The notes beneath the pieces were generated by a model, which saw only the letters and a program-made list of their open reading frames with translations, did not search any database and was not told where the DNA came from. Position numbers and translations under genes: made by a program. Below, in pieces: positions 36,769 to 44,958 of a stretch of 44,958 bases of DNA. How positions within the stretch are numbered: position 1 is the stretch's first letter; the number at the start of each line of letters is the position of its first letter. The DNA comes from Gammaproteobacteria bacterium (GTDB lineage Bacteria > Pseudomonadota > Gammaproteobacteria > SZUA-229), in assembly GCA_030637945.1 (NCBI GenBank), contig DAOWFN010000092.1, forward strand, positions 1 through 44,958. Direction: 5' to 3'.

Positions 36769-38511
36769 TTATTTCGTACAAAGATCTATGTATTCTTTTT
36801 GTTCTTCGTCAGTAAGTGGCTCATTGTTTTGTATTTTATGTTTGAAATATTCGTCGCGGTCTTCATTGTGAAGGCGTTCGATCAGGCTTTTGTACACTTC
36901 GACGATATTGTCAGTATTTTCAGTTTCCGGTGTCTGCAACATGGATAATATATTGAGTGCTTTTTCGTGTTCGCTATCACGGAAACGTTCGAGTAGCGCA
37001 GCGGCGGATAATTGTTTATTTGACTCAATGGTCTTTTGCAGTTCGTGTAACAGAGGCAGGCCTTTGGTAAATGCTTGTTTGAAATTATCAGGTACTTTAT
37101 GATGTGCTGCTAAATCAGGGTTTTGTAATAGCAGTGCGATTGCAATGCGTGTTTTATTGTTTTGAACCTGCTGACCGCGAACAGATTCGACTGTTTTTGG
37201 TGGTGTTCTTTTCTCATCAGTGGCAGAGGAAATCTTTGATTCAAGATGTTGCTGGCTTAGGCCGACCAGTGTTGAAAGTTCTTCGATTAGCAGATCTTTA
37301 AATAAACTATTATGCATTTTCTGTATGAGAGAATTTGCTTTGCTGGCGAGTTGTGCCTTGCCTTCGTTGGTATTTATGTCTGATTCGGATTTTAAATTAT
37401 CAAACAAAAAGTCTGACAGTGTCGTAGCATTTTTAATACGATCCTCAAAAGCAGCTTTGCCTTCTTTGCGCACCATGGTGTCCGGGTCTTCTTTTTCCGG
37501 GAGAAAAAGAAATTTTGCAATCATGCCGTCGCGGATAACAGTCAGTGTGTTTTCCAGTGCGCGCCAGGCAGCTTTTTTACCTGCGTTATCACCGTCGTAG
37601 CAGAAGACGATCTCGTGCGTAGTGCGAAATGTTTTTTGAATTTGTTCTGTTGTAGTAGCTGTGCCTAACGATGCGACCGCATAGTTAATGCCATTTTGTG
37701 CTAATGCAACGACGTCCATATAGCCTTCAACGACGATAATGCGATCGATTTTTCTTAATGCCTGCTTGGTTTCGTATAAGCCGTAGAGTTCATAACCCTT
37801 GTGAAAAACGGCGTTCTCAGGGGAGTTTAAATATTTAGGTTCGCCTTTGTCGAGTACGCGTCCGCCAAAACCGATGATACGCCCACGCTGGTCAGTGATA
37901 GGGAAGATGATGCGGTCACGAAAACGGTCATAGGTTTTACCGTCGTCTTTGCTGACGACTAAACCTGTTTTTATTAGTGACTTTAATTTATCTTGAGATT
38001 TTCCTAAATTGCCACTTAAAAAATTCCAGCCATCCGGCGCGTAGCCAATTTTAAATTGTTTGGCTATTTCACCAGATAAACCTCGTTGCTTAAGGTAATC
38101 AACTGCGCGTTCAGATGTTTTTAATTGCTTCTGAAATAACTCGCTGGCCTGTTTTAAGATATCGTATAAAGGCTGTTTGTCTTCCTGGTTCTTGTTTGTA
38201 AAGCCACTATCTTCGTGCGGCACATCTACGTGTGCGTCTGCAGCTAGCGATTCGATAGTGTCTATATAACTTAAATGTTCATAGTCCATTAAAAAACCGA
38301 TGACGTTGCCTTTGGCATGGCAACCGAAACAATAGTAGAACTGTTTGGCTTCACTGACGGTGAAAGAGGGTGTTTTTTCGTTATGAAAAGGACAGCATGC
38401 TGAAAATTCTTTGCCTTTTCTTTTCAGTGGAACACGGGCGTTTATGACTTCGACGATATCGCTTCGTCCGATAAGGTCATCTATAAAATTTTGTGGAATT
38501 CGCCCGGCCAC
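36769..38511 (-). CDS. dnaG: DNA primase DnaG
   Basis: 580 aa. Zinc ribbon CCPFHNEKTPSFTV...YYCFGC, TOPRIM domain VVEGYMDVV...DGDNAGKKAA, and a C-terminal DnaB-interaction domain. Confidence 0.96.
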   Translation of the reverse strand: MAGRIPQNFIDDLIGRSDIVEVINARVPLKRKGKEFSACCPFHNEKTPSFTVSEAKQFYYCFGCHAKGNVIGFLMDYEHLSYIDTIESLAADAHVDVPHEDSGFTNKNQEDKQPLYDILKQASELFQKQLKTSERAVDYLKQRGLSGEIAKQFKIGYAPDGWNFLSGNLGKSQDKLKSLIKTGLVVSKDDGKTYDRFRDRIIFPITDQRGRIIGFGGRVLDKGEPKYLNSPENAVFHKGYELYGLYETKQALRKIDRIIVVEGYMDVVALAQNGINYAVASLGTATTTEQIQKTFRTTHEIVFCYDGDNAGKKAAWRALENTLTVIRDGMIAKFLFLPEKEDPDTMVRKEGKAAFEDRIKNATTLSDFLFDNLKSESDINTNEGKAQLASKANSLIQKMHNSLFKDLLIEELSTLVGLSQQHLESKISSATDEKRTPPKTVESVRGQQVQNNKTRIAIALLLQNPDLAAHHKVPDNFKQAFTKGLPLLHELQKTIESNKQLSAAALLERFRDSEHEKALNILSMLQTPETENTDNIVEVYKSLIERLHNEDRDEYFKHKIQNNEPLTDEEQKEYIDLCTK

Positions 38512-38520
38512 GTGGATTAC

Positions 38521-39705
38521 TTAAGGGATTAAGTTAACGAAGGATAACTGACGAGGATTAAAGATTCTTTCGTACTCAACGATGGCGTAGCGGTCAGTCA
38601 TGCCGGCGATATAATCTGAGATGCCGCGTGCGATGCCTTTGTCCCCATGTTTGTCTTTAAGTATATGGCAATGATCTATCGCTTCAGTGGGTAAAATTTT
38701 CTGGTCTTCCATAAACGCAGTAAACAGCGAGTCAATAACGACAGCTGCTTTTTTGCTCATGCGGTGTACACGGTAATGTTGATACAGGTTGTTTCGCAGG
38801 AATTGTTTGAGCTCCAGCTTCTTGTCGTTCATCTCACTGCTGAATGCCATTATCCGTTTGTTTTGGCAGCGGACGTCGTCTATGGAATTTAGATTAGCAC
38901 TGGCGATATTTTCGCGTGAGGTGTCGATCAGATCAACCACCATGACATTAATCATGCGTCTGATGATCTCGTGCAACAGTTTTTTATCATCGAGACCGGG
39001 ATATTTTTTGTTAACGATATCGTACTGGTCTCTGAATAGTTCGATTTTTAATAGATCATCGATGGTGATTAAGCCGTAACGTATGCCGTCATCGATATCG
39101 TGATTATTGTAGGCGGTTTCGTCTGAATAATCGGTTAATTGGGCTTCAAGACTCGGTTGGGTCTTATCAAGAAAACGTTGCCCTACATCGCCAAGTTTTT
39201 TTGCGTTAGTCGTAGAACAATGCTTTAAAATACCTTCACGGGTCTCAAACGTTAGATTAAGTCCATCAAAATCTGCATATTTCTGTTCGAGTTTGTCGAT
39301 GACGCGTAGCGATTGAAGATTATGTTCGAAACCACCACAATCTTTCATGCAATTGTTTAGCGCTGTCTGTCCAGCATGGCCAAAAGGCGTGTGACCAAGA
39401 TCGTGTGCTAATGCAATGGCTTCAGACAAGTCTTCATGTAATCTTAATTCGCGCGCGATGCTGCGTGCGATCTGTGCGACTTCGAGTGAATGGGTTAACC
39501 GGGTACGAAACAGGTCACCTTCGTGATTTACAAATACCTGTGTTTTATACTCCAGGCGCCTGAATGCCGCGGAATGAATGATCCTATCGCGGTCGCGTTG
39601 GTATTCATTACGGTAGGTCGGGTGTGTTTCATCGTGGTGGCGACCGACCGACTTCTTATCATCACAAGCATAAGAGACTAATTGGCCACTATAGCTATTG
39701 CTCAT
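38521..39705 (-). CDS. dGTPase-like deoxynucleoside triphosphate triphosphohydrolase (HD domain)
   Basis: 394 aa. RDRDRIIHSAAFRRLEYKTQVF, HSLEVAQIARSIA and AHDLGHTPFGH. Confidence 0.88.
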   Translation of the reverse strand: MSNSYSGQLVSYACDDKKSVGRHHDETHPTYRNEYQRDRDRIIHSAAFRRLEYKTQVFVNHEGDLFRTRLTHSLEVAQIARSIARELRLHEDLSEAIALAHDLGHTPFGHAGQTALNNCMKDCGGFEHNLQSLRVIDKLEQKYADFDGLNLTFETREGILKHCSTTNAKKLGDVGQRFLDKTQPSLEAQLTDYSDETAYNNHDIDDGIRYGLITIDDLLKIELFRDQYDIVNKKYPGLDDKKLLHEIIRRMINVMVVDLIDTSRENIASANLNSIDDVRCQNKRIMAFSSEMNDKKLELKQFLRNNLYQHYRVHRMSKKAAVVIDSLFTAFMEDQKILPTEAIDHCHILKDKHGDKGIARGISDYIAGMTDRYAIVEYERIFNPRQLSFVNLIP

Positions 39706-39742
39706 ATTGTAGCCACCCTGGTTTTTTTTATGAATGACATGT

Positions 39743-40825
39743 TCACGTAGCAGCGGATTGTTTAATGGCTTTGTTCAAATCGTCTGGCGTGTAATCACTG
39801 GTGACTAATGATTTGCCAATACCTTTCATTAAGACCAGGCGTAAAACGCCATCAAGCACTTTTTTATCGACCGACATCAGATCAAGAAATTTTTCAACAG
39901 TCATGGATTCAGGTGCTTTACAGGGCAGTTTTGCCTGCTCGATCAATTTCATGGTTTGCTGCATTTCCTGGTCACTCATCCACCCCATCTGATTAGACAT
40001 GACGGCGGCCATACACATACCGGCACCGACAGCTTCACCATGTAACCATTCACCCTAACCCATGCCGTTTTCTATCGCGTGTCCGAACGTATGTCCGAGA
40101 TTGAGTAAAGCACGCTTACCACTTTCACGTTCATCAGCGGCAACGATATCGGCTTTTGTCTGGCAGGATACCTTGATGGCATAACTGAGAGCTTCTTTAT
40201 CCCGGTTTAGTAATGCCGGCATATTCTGTTCTAACCAGCTGAAGAATGCTGCATCACAGATTAAACCGTATTTGATGATCTCAGCAATGCCCGCACTCAA
40301 TTCGCGGTCGGGCAGGGTGTCGAGTGTGTCGGTATCTGCGATGACCGCCTTGGGCTGATAGAAAGCGCCGATCATATTTTTGCCCAGTGCATGATTGACA
40401 CCGGTCTTACCGCCAACAGATGAATCAACTTGCGATAAAAGTGTGGTGGGAATCTGAATGAGATGCACGCCGCGCTGATAACTGGCTGCGGCAAATCCCG
40501 CCATATCACCGATAACACCGCCGCCGAGTGCGATAACGGTGGTGTTGCGGTCGAAGCGGTTACGAAGCAGGCTATCGTATATCTGGTTCAAGACTTCAAG
40601 ATTTTTGTATTTTTCGCCATCGGGCAGGATGACGGCTTCGTGTTTAAGTCCGGATAACATGGACTGCGTTTTTTCGAGATAGAGCGGCGCAACCGTTTTA
40701 TTACTGACTATAAGGGCGCTGTTACCGGTTATATGCTTTTTTAGCAGGTCAGCTTGTCCGAGTAAGGCACTTTTTATATATATCGGATAACTGCGCTCTC
40801 CGAGGTCAACGGTCAGTGTTGTCAT
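39743..40825 (-). pseudogene. aroB: 3-dehydroquinate synthase AroB, a full-length 361-codon frame interrupted by one in-frame TAG
   Basis: The track ORFs 40055-40825 (256 aa, ends ...[13 protein letters not shown]) and 39743-40018 are the same frame. Reading through the TAG at 40057-40055 gives GMG*GEWLHGEAVGAGM. This aligns with the conserved GYG.WLHGEAV, so TAG replaces a Tyr codon. Confidence 0.85.
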
Positions 40826-40849
40826 TGGTTAAAATCGTATTTTCTGTAA

Positions 40850-41365
40850 CTATGAAAGATGCTTAATAATAGCGTGTATTACGCTGTGAATCGAGTTGTT
40901 TGCCGTTTCTATGGTGTAATCAGCGGTTTCTTCATATAGTGGCCCACGCTGGTCTAACAGGCGTTGCAGGATAACCTCAGGCGCTTCGTCTGCGTGGAGC
41001 AGGGGTCTGTTTTTGTCTTTACTGGTACGTTGGATGAGCGTTTTTAAGTTAGTTTTCAGATAAAAGACCGTGCCGCGGTTAATCAGATGATTTCGATTTT
41101 CGCTATTAAGGATAGCACCACCGCCCGTGGCAAGAATAATGTTCTTCTTCTGGGTTAATTCGTCAATAATCGCGCTTTCGCGTTTTCTAAAGCCGGGTTC
41201 ACCTTCTTTTTCGAATATTAATGGTATATCTGCCCCCGTGCGTTCTTCGATAACACGGTCACTGTCATAGAAGTCCATTTTAAGCTTGCGCGACAGCTGG
41301 CGGCCAACAGTGGTTTTGCCGGTGCCCATTAAACCGATTAGAAAGATGTTTTTTTGTTTGTGCAT
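40850..41365 (-). CDS. aroK: Shikimate kinase AroK
   Basis: 171 aa. IFLIGLMGTGKTTVGRQL Walker A and ATGGGAIL. Confidence 0.95.
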   Translation of the reverse strand: MHKQKNIFLIGLMGTGKTTVGRQLSRKLKMDFYDSDRVIEERTGADIPLIFEKEGEPGFRKRESAIIDELTQKKNIILATGGGAILNSENRNHLINRGTVFYLKTNLKTLIQRTSKDKNRPLLHADEAPEVILQRLLDQRGPLYEETADYTIETANNSIHSVIHAIIKHLS

Positions 41366-41406
41366 AAAAAAGCGACCTCGCTCTAAGTGGAGAGCAGAGG
41401 TCGCTT
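41366..41406 (-). terminator. Rho-independent terminator after the large lipoprotein gene, abutting the aroK start
   Basis: The minus-strand RNA is AGCGACCUC-UGCUCUCCACUUAGAGC-GAGGUCGCUUUUUU, followed immediately by the aroK AUG. Confidence 0.7.
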
Positions 41407-41438
41407 AGTATATTGGTTTTGTGTGAAGAGTTAAATCA

Positions 41439-44400
41439 TCACATACAAGTTACTACTACATCTGTTACATTAGACCCTGCAACAGTGCCTGTTTCTAAGG
41501 CGACTGTACATGTAGCGCTAACTGGTTGTAAACCAATAGTAACCTCATAGCTTTCGCCATCAGATAACGGTGTAGCGAAAGTAAAGGTACCATCAGCATT
41601 TACAGGGAGATTGTCACCAGCGTTATTCTGTAAAGTTACTGATTCGGAAACTGGAAGCCCGGTTACCGTACCGCCGATGCTGTAGGTCTGACCAACGTCA
41701 TTTATAGCGATAGGTGTAAAACTATATGAGTTGCCGCCATCGCCTATATTGACATCAATGGTTAAGAAACCATCATCGGAAGGTGTGTCATCTTTTGTTA
41801 TGAAAACGGTGTATGTTCCCGCGCCTGAGTTTGAGTTCGACACTGTATGGCTACCGCCTGATACAATGCTGCCATTGGTTACACCAAAGTTTATCGTGCT
41901 TCCAATTGGTAAGATTTGACCATTAGTTGTTCCGCCAATAGTAAATGAAACTGAACTATCAGTTAATGTACTAAACGTAGGTGTTCCTACGGGATAAGCA
42001 ACTGGAGTCGAGTCAAATTGCACTTGCGATACTGTGGGAACATCTTCTGCTAATACCAATTGTATTGAATCGCGTACAGTGACAGCATCTGCAGCATCAC
42101 ATAAAGTTGAATGGATACAACCTTTGCCATTATATTTAGTGCTTATTCCATCATGGCCAAAATCTCCATCGAAATCGACAAAGAATTCTCCCGCATCGTA
42201 TATAGCGTTATTGTTATCATCGCGGAAAGCTTCTTCTAAGTCAGTGAAACTATCACCATCGGAAAATACGCCATCGCCATCTACATCACTGAATGATTCC
42301 TCACCTTCTACGGTAGCCATAATAGTGGTTACACCTGGTGTACCTCCTAGTGCGTTAGCACGAGGATTTTGGCTACGCCAGGTCACTGAACATCTGCCAC
42401 TCGTAGTAATACAACTAGGGGTAACGGCACCAAATTCAGTGGTAAAGGATATTGCTGTTCCGTCAGTAATAGGGTTGTTGTATCTGTCAGCAACAAGAGC
42501 ATTTATGGTGACTTCTTTGCTATCAATATTCCATGCTCTAGGGTTTAATGTTTCTGCAGAGATGGACATACTGTTTTGATCAGGTGGGCCAGTTGCGATT
42601 GCGATAGCGCTTGATGCAGTCGTCAATGCAGTATTGCTATCAACTGTTGCTGTTACACGAACACTTGTCGCAACTGTTCCTGATTGAACGGTGGTAATTA
42701 CCTCACCAAATACGTTACTTGTTTCAGCGAGAGAAGAGAGGCTGATGCCACCAACAGTGCTGTTAAGTGAGAAGCTTACTGCCTCACCCTGGATAGTATT
42801 GCCATTTGCATCTTCAATAATAAAGGTAAGGGTAGTGGTTTCTGGCAAACCAGAGGAACTACCTGTACCAGCTAACGCTATTGTTGAACTGGTTATGCCT
42901 GACTGAGTGATAGAGCCCGGTGCAGGTGAAGTGGCTGTAATTGTTATGGTGCCTGTTGCTGTACTGGTTGTGCCATTGAGACTGGCTGTTATTGTGTCGG
43001 TGCCAGTACAAAAAACATCTGTATACGTCACAATCACCTGGCCTGTAGATGTGACTACCGTACCGCTATTAAGTGTCGCGGCACCACTTGCAATACATGG
43101 TGATGTAAAGCTAACCGATGCGCTAGTGGTGATGGGTGTTCCTGCAAGATCAACCAGATCGACAGTTAAATTAGATGTGCCTGAAGGAGCAATGCTGTTT
43201 GATGACAGTGAAATAACACCTTCGGTAAATATAGTTGCGATAAATGCACCAATTCGTGTGTTATTTATTGTGCCATCACTGATTGGAATAGGGGCGAAAC
43301 TTTGTGGTCCGCTACCATCGCCAGTATCAACTTCTATTGTTAGGAAGCCATCGCTCGATGGTGTACTATCAGCGGCCAAAAATACGGTGTATGTTTTTGC
43401 AGTTGAGACTGTATTACCTACAACAGAGTCTGGACTACCAATTATTTCACCGTTAGTAGTCGTGAACTTAATGGTTGTGCCTACAGGTAAAACATTACCG
43501 TTAGTGCCCCCGCCGATTGTGAAAGTAATGCTACTGTCTATTGTAGTGTCGAATGTTGTGCCTAATGGTACAGTGCCAGAATTATTGTACTGAACCAGAA
43601 AAATGTTAGCGTTATCTTCGGCCATGACCAGTTGGATTGAATCTCGTACAGTTATCGTGTCCGAAGTCGTGTCACAGTCAGTGGTGTGAATACATCCTAT
43701 GCCGTTGTATTTATTACTACCTGTGTCATAACTATTGTTGTTGTTGATGTCGTCGAAAAACTCAAATGCATCATGGGAACCGTTGCCGTTATCGTCTCTA
43801 AAGGCTTCCGGTAAATCGACAAATGTATCGCCATCAGAAAATACACCGTCACCATCACTGTCATTGAAATGTTCTTCTCCAACCACACGCGCTAAGATGG
43901 TTGTAATGCCAGGTAAGCCCGGTGAGGCTAAACTATTAGTTCGTGGGTCTTTACTGCTCCAGGTAACGCTGCAAGTTCCATCAACGGTTGTGCAGCTTGG
44001 TTCAATGCCTCCCAGTTCGGAGGTAAATAATATTGCAGTACCATCGGCGATATTATTTTGAAATTTATCAGTCAGTCTTGCTGTAATGGTGACTTGTGTA
44101 CCGTCATTGTTCCACGCTCTAGGGTTTAATTCTGATGCAGACAGAGAAATACCATTTTGTTCAGGTGGGCCTGTCGCTATGGCGATAGCAGTCGATGGCG
44201 TTGTTAATGCGGGATTACTGGTAACAGTTGCAATTATACGCACACTGGTAGAGAAGTTACCAGATTGTAAGATAGCTTGAACTTGACCATTGCCATCGCT
44301 TGTCGCGTTTGGAAATGATAAAGATATCCCGCCAAGTGTTGTACTAAGTGTGAAATCAACATTTTCCCCTACTACAGGTCCCCCGTTATTGTCTAATACC

Positions 44401-44958
44401 TCAAAAGTTATTATGGCACTTTCAGGTAATCCAGATGAGCCGCCGTTGCCTTTAAGTGCGATAAGTGTCGCTGATGATGTGGAAAAATTTATAGATGCTG
44501 GAAGAGTAGAAGCAACAATAACGTTAGCGCTAGCAGCTAGCGTTGTACCATTAATCGTCGCTGTTATTAAATCAGAGCCTACACAGCCTGTCGCGGTGTA
44601 AGTTGTTGTTGCTATACCAGTCGTTGTTGTCACGCTAGTGGTACTGAATGTTGCCATGCCATTGGTAACGCAGGCTGAAGTAAAATCAATAGTTGTACTA
44701 ACTGTTGCAACGGCACCTGTTTCATCTACAAGATCAACTGAGATTATAGATGTCCCACCTGCAGAAACAGTATTTGGTGTTGCTGTAAGTGTGCCAATCG
44801 TGACAGTACTAGTAGTGCCACCAGTCGTGCCGCCACCGCCAGTCGTTGTTGTATCATCTGCTGGAGGGGGGCCGGTAAGGTCATCACCTGAACAGGCAGC
44901 AATACCAAGTATTACTGACAGCAGGGCGAGTTGTGAAAACTTCCTGATTATATTGTGC
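41439..44958 (-). CDS. Large surface or periplasmic lipoprotein with bacterial Ig-like (Big/invasin-type) domains and acidic Ca-binding-like DxDxDG repeats; the 5-prime end just beyond the window
   Basis: The track starts at Met 44657, but the frame stays open to the window edge. Hand translation of 44958-44658 gives HNIIRKFSQLALLSVILGIAAC|SGDDLTGPPPADDTTTTGGGG..., a lipobox signal peptide. The body has two homologous modules of about 527 aa (about 44807-43227 and 43226-41699). Each contains Ig-like beta domains and DSDGDGVFSDGD..FRDDNGNG. Confidence 0.8.
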   Translation of the reverse strand, partial: HNIIRKFSQLALLSVILGIAACSGDDLTGPPPADDTTTTGGGGTTGGTTSTVTIGTLTATPNTVSAGGTSIISVDLVDETGAVATVSTTIDFTSACVTNGMATFSTTSVTTTTGIATTTYTATGCVGSDLITATINGTTLAASANVIVASTLPASINFSTSSATLIALKGNGGSSGLPESAIITFEVLDNNGGPVVGENVDFTLSTTLGGISLSFPNATSDGNGQVQAILQSGNFSTSVRIIATVTSNPALTTPSTAIAIATGPPEQNGISLSASELNPRAWNNDGTQVTITARLTDKFQNNIADGTAILFTSELGGIEPSCTTVDGTCSVTWSSKDPRTNSLASPGLPGITTILARVVGEEHFNDSDGDGVFSDGDTFVDLPEAFRDDNGNGSHDAFEFFDDINNNNSYDTGSNKYNGIGCIHTTDCDTTSDTITVRDSIQLVMAEDNANIFLVQYNNSGTVPLGTTFDTTIDSSITFTIGGGTNGNVLPVGTTIKFTTTNGEIIGSPDSVVGNTVSTAKTYTVFLAADSTPSSDGFLTIEVDTGDGSGPQSFAPIPISDGTINNTRIGAFIATIFTEGVISLSSNSIAPSGTSNLTVDLVDLAGTPITTSASVSFTSPCIASGAATLNSGTVVTSTGQVIVTYTDVFCTGTDTITASLNGTTSTATGTITITATSPAPGSITQSGITSSTIALAGTGSSSGLPETTTLTFIIEDANGNTIQGEAVSFSLNSTVGGISLSSLAETSNVFGEVITTVQSGTVATSVRVTATVDSNTALTTASSAIAIATGPPDQNSMSISAETLNPRAWNIDSKEVTINALVADRYNNPITDGTAISFTTEFGAVTPSCITTSGRCSVTWRSQNPRANALGGTPGVTTIMATVEGEESFSDVDGDGVFSDGDSFTDLEEAFRDDNNNAIYDAGEFFVDFDGDFGHDGISTKYNGKGCIHSTLCDAADAVTVRDSIQLVLAEDVPTVSQVQFDSTPVAYPVGTPTFSTLTDSSVSFTIGGTTNGQILPIGSTINFGVTNGSIVSGGSHTVSNSNSGAGTYTVFITKDDTPSDDGFLTIDVNIGDGGNSYSFTPIAINDVGQTYSIGGTVTGLPVSESVTLQNNAGDNLPVNADGTFTFATPLSDGESYEVTIGLQPVSATCTVALETGTVAGSNVTDVVVTCM

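Noticed and set aside
40055-40057. TAG in aroB as pyrrolysine or another programmed recoding event
   Set aside because: The aligned residue in the family is an ordinary conserved Tyr. There is no pyl-type context and no reason to expect one in a gammaproteobacterium. A point substitution or a sequencing error is far more parsimonious.
42034-43593. Long plus-strand ORFs (181 aa, 71 aa, 228 aa) antisense to the large lipoprotein gene
   Set aside because: They lie entirely inside a strongly supported minus-strand CDS with recognisable domains. Their translations are low-complexity and repeat with the sense-strand duplication. They are typical stop-poor antisense frames.
1-44958. Defence island, prophage, integron or other mobile element
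   Set aside because: There are no integrase, transposase, recombinase, toxin-antitoxin, restriction or cas-like ORFs. Every ORF longer than about 120 aa that is not antisense to a confident gene has a housekeeping, secretion or pilus assignment.

Overview
This 45 kb window looks like core chromosome from a moderately AT-rich gammaproteobacterium. I see no rRNA, tRNA, CRISPR, transposase, integrase or phage genes. Gene order in the middle closely follows the Pseudomonas aeruginosa PA0392-PA0415 region: yggT-proC (-), pilT-pilU (+), pyrC'-pyrB-pyrR-ruvX-yqgE-tonB3-like-gshB (-), then pilG-pilH-pilI-pilJ-chpA-chpC (+). There are three local differences: a third PilT-family ATPase, an apbE inserted before gshB, and no pilK or chpB. 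The left end carries type II secretion genes in two divergent blocks, gspG-gspH on the minus strand and gspC-D-E-F on the plus strand. A rhombosortase-like rhomboid protease and metX-metW sit between them. The right end is one long minus-strand run: a Big-domain lipoprotein of more than 1170 aa, aroK, aroB (interrupted by an in-frame TAG), a dGTPase-like gene, dnaG, metK, ahcY (with an SAH riboswitch), metF and rsmE. I do not see a convincing new multi-gene system. The most checkable oddities are: (1) the noncoding stretch between dnaG and metK, which has a promoter-plus-terminator unit of about 110 nt followed by a 150-nt multi-hairpin, GGA-rich metK leader; (2) the amber codon inside aroB; (3) a GTAG-headed REP-like palindrome family at three intergenic sites; (4) a heptamer-repeat hairpin between gspE and gspF; (5) the rhombosortase wedged into the T2SS locus; (6) the internally duplicated lipoprotein in the position where pilQ normally precedes aroK. 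All functional names come from reading the translated ORFs against families I recognise. No database search was run.
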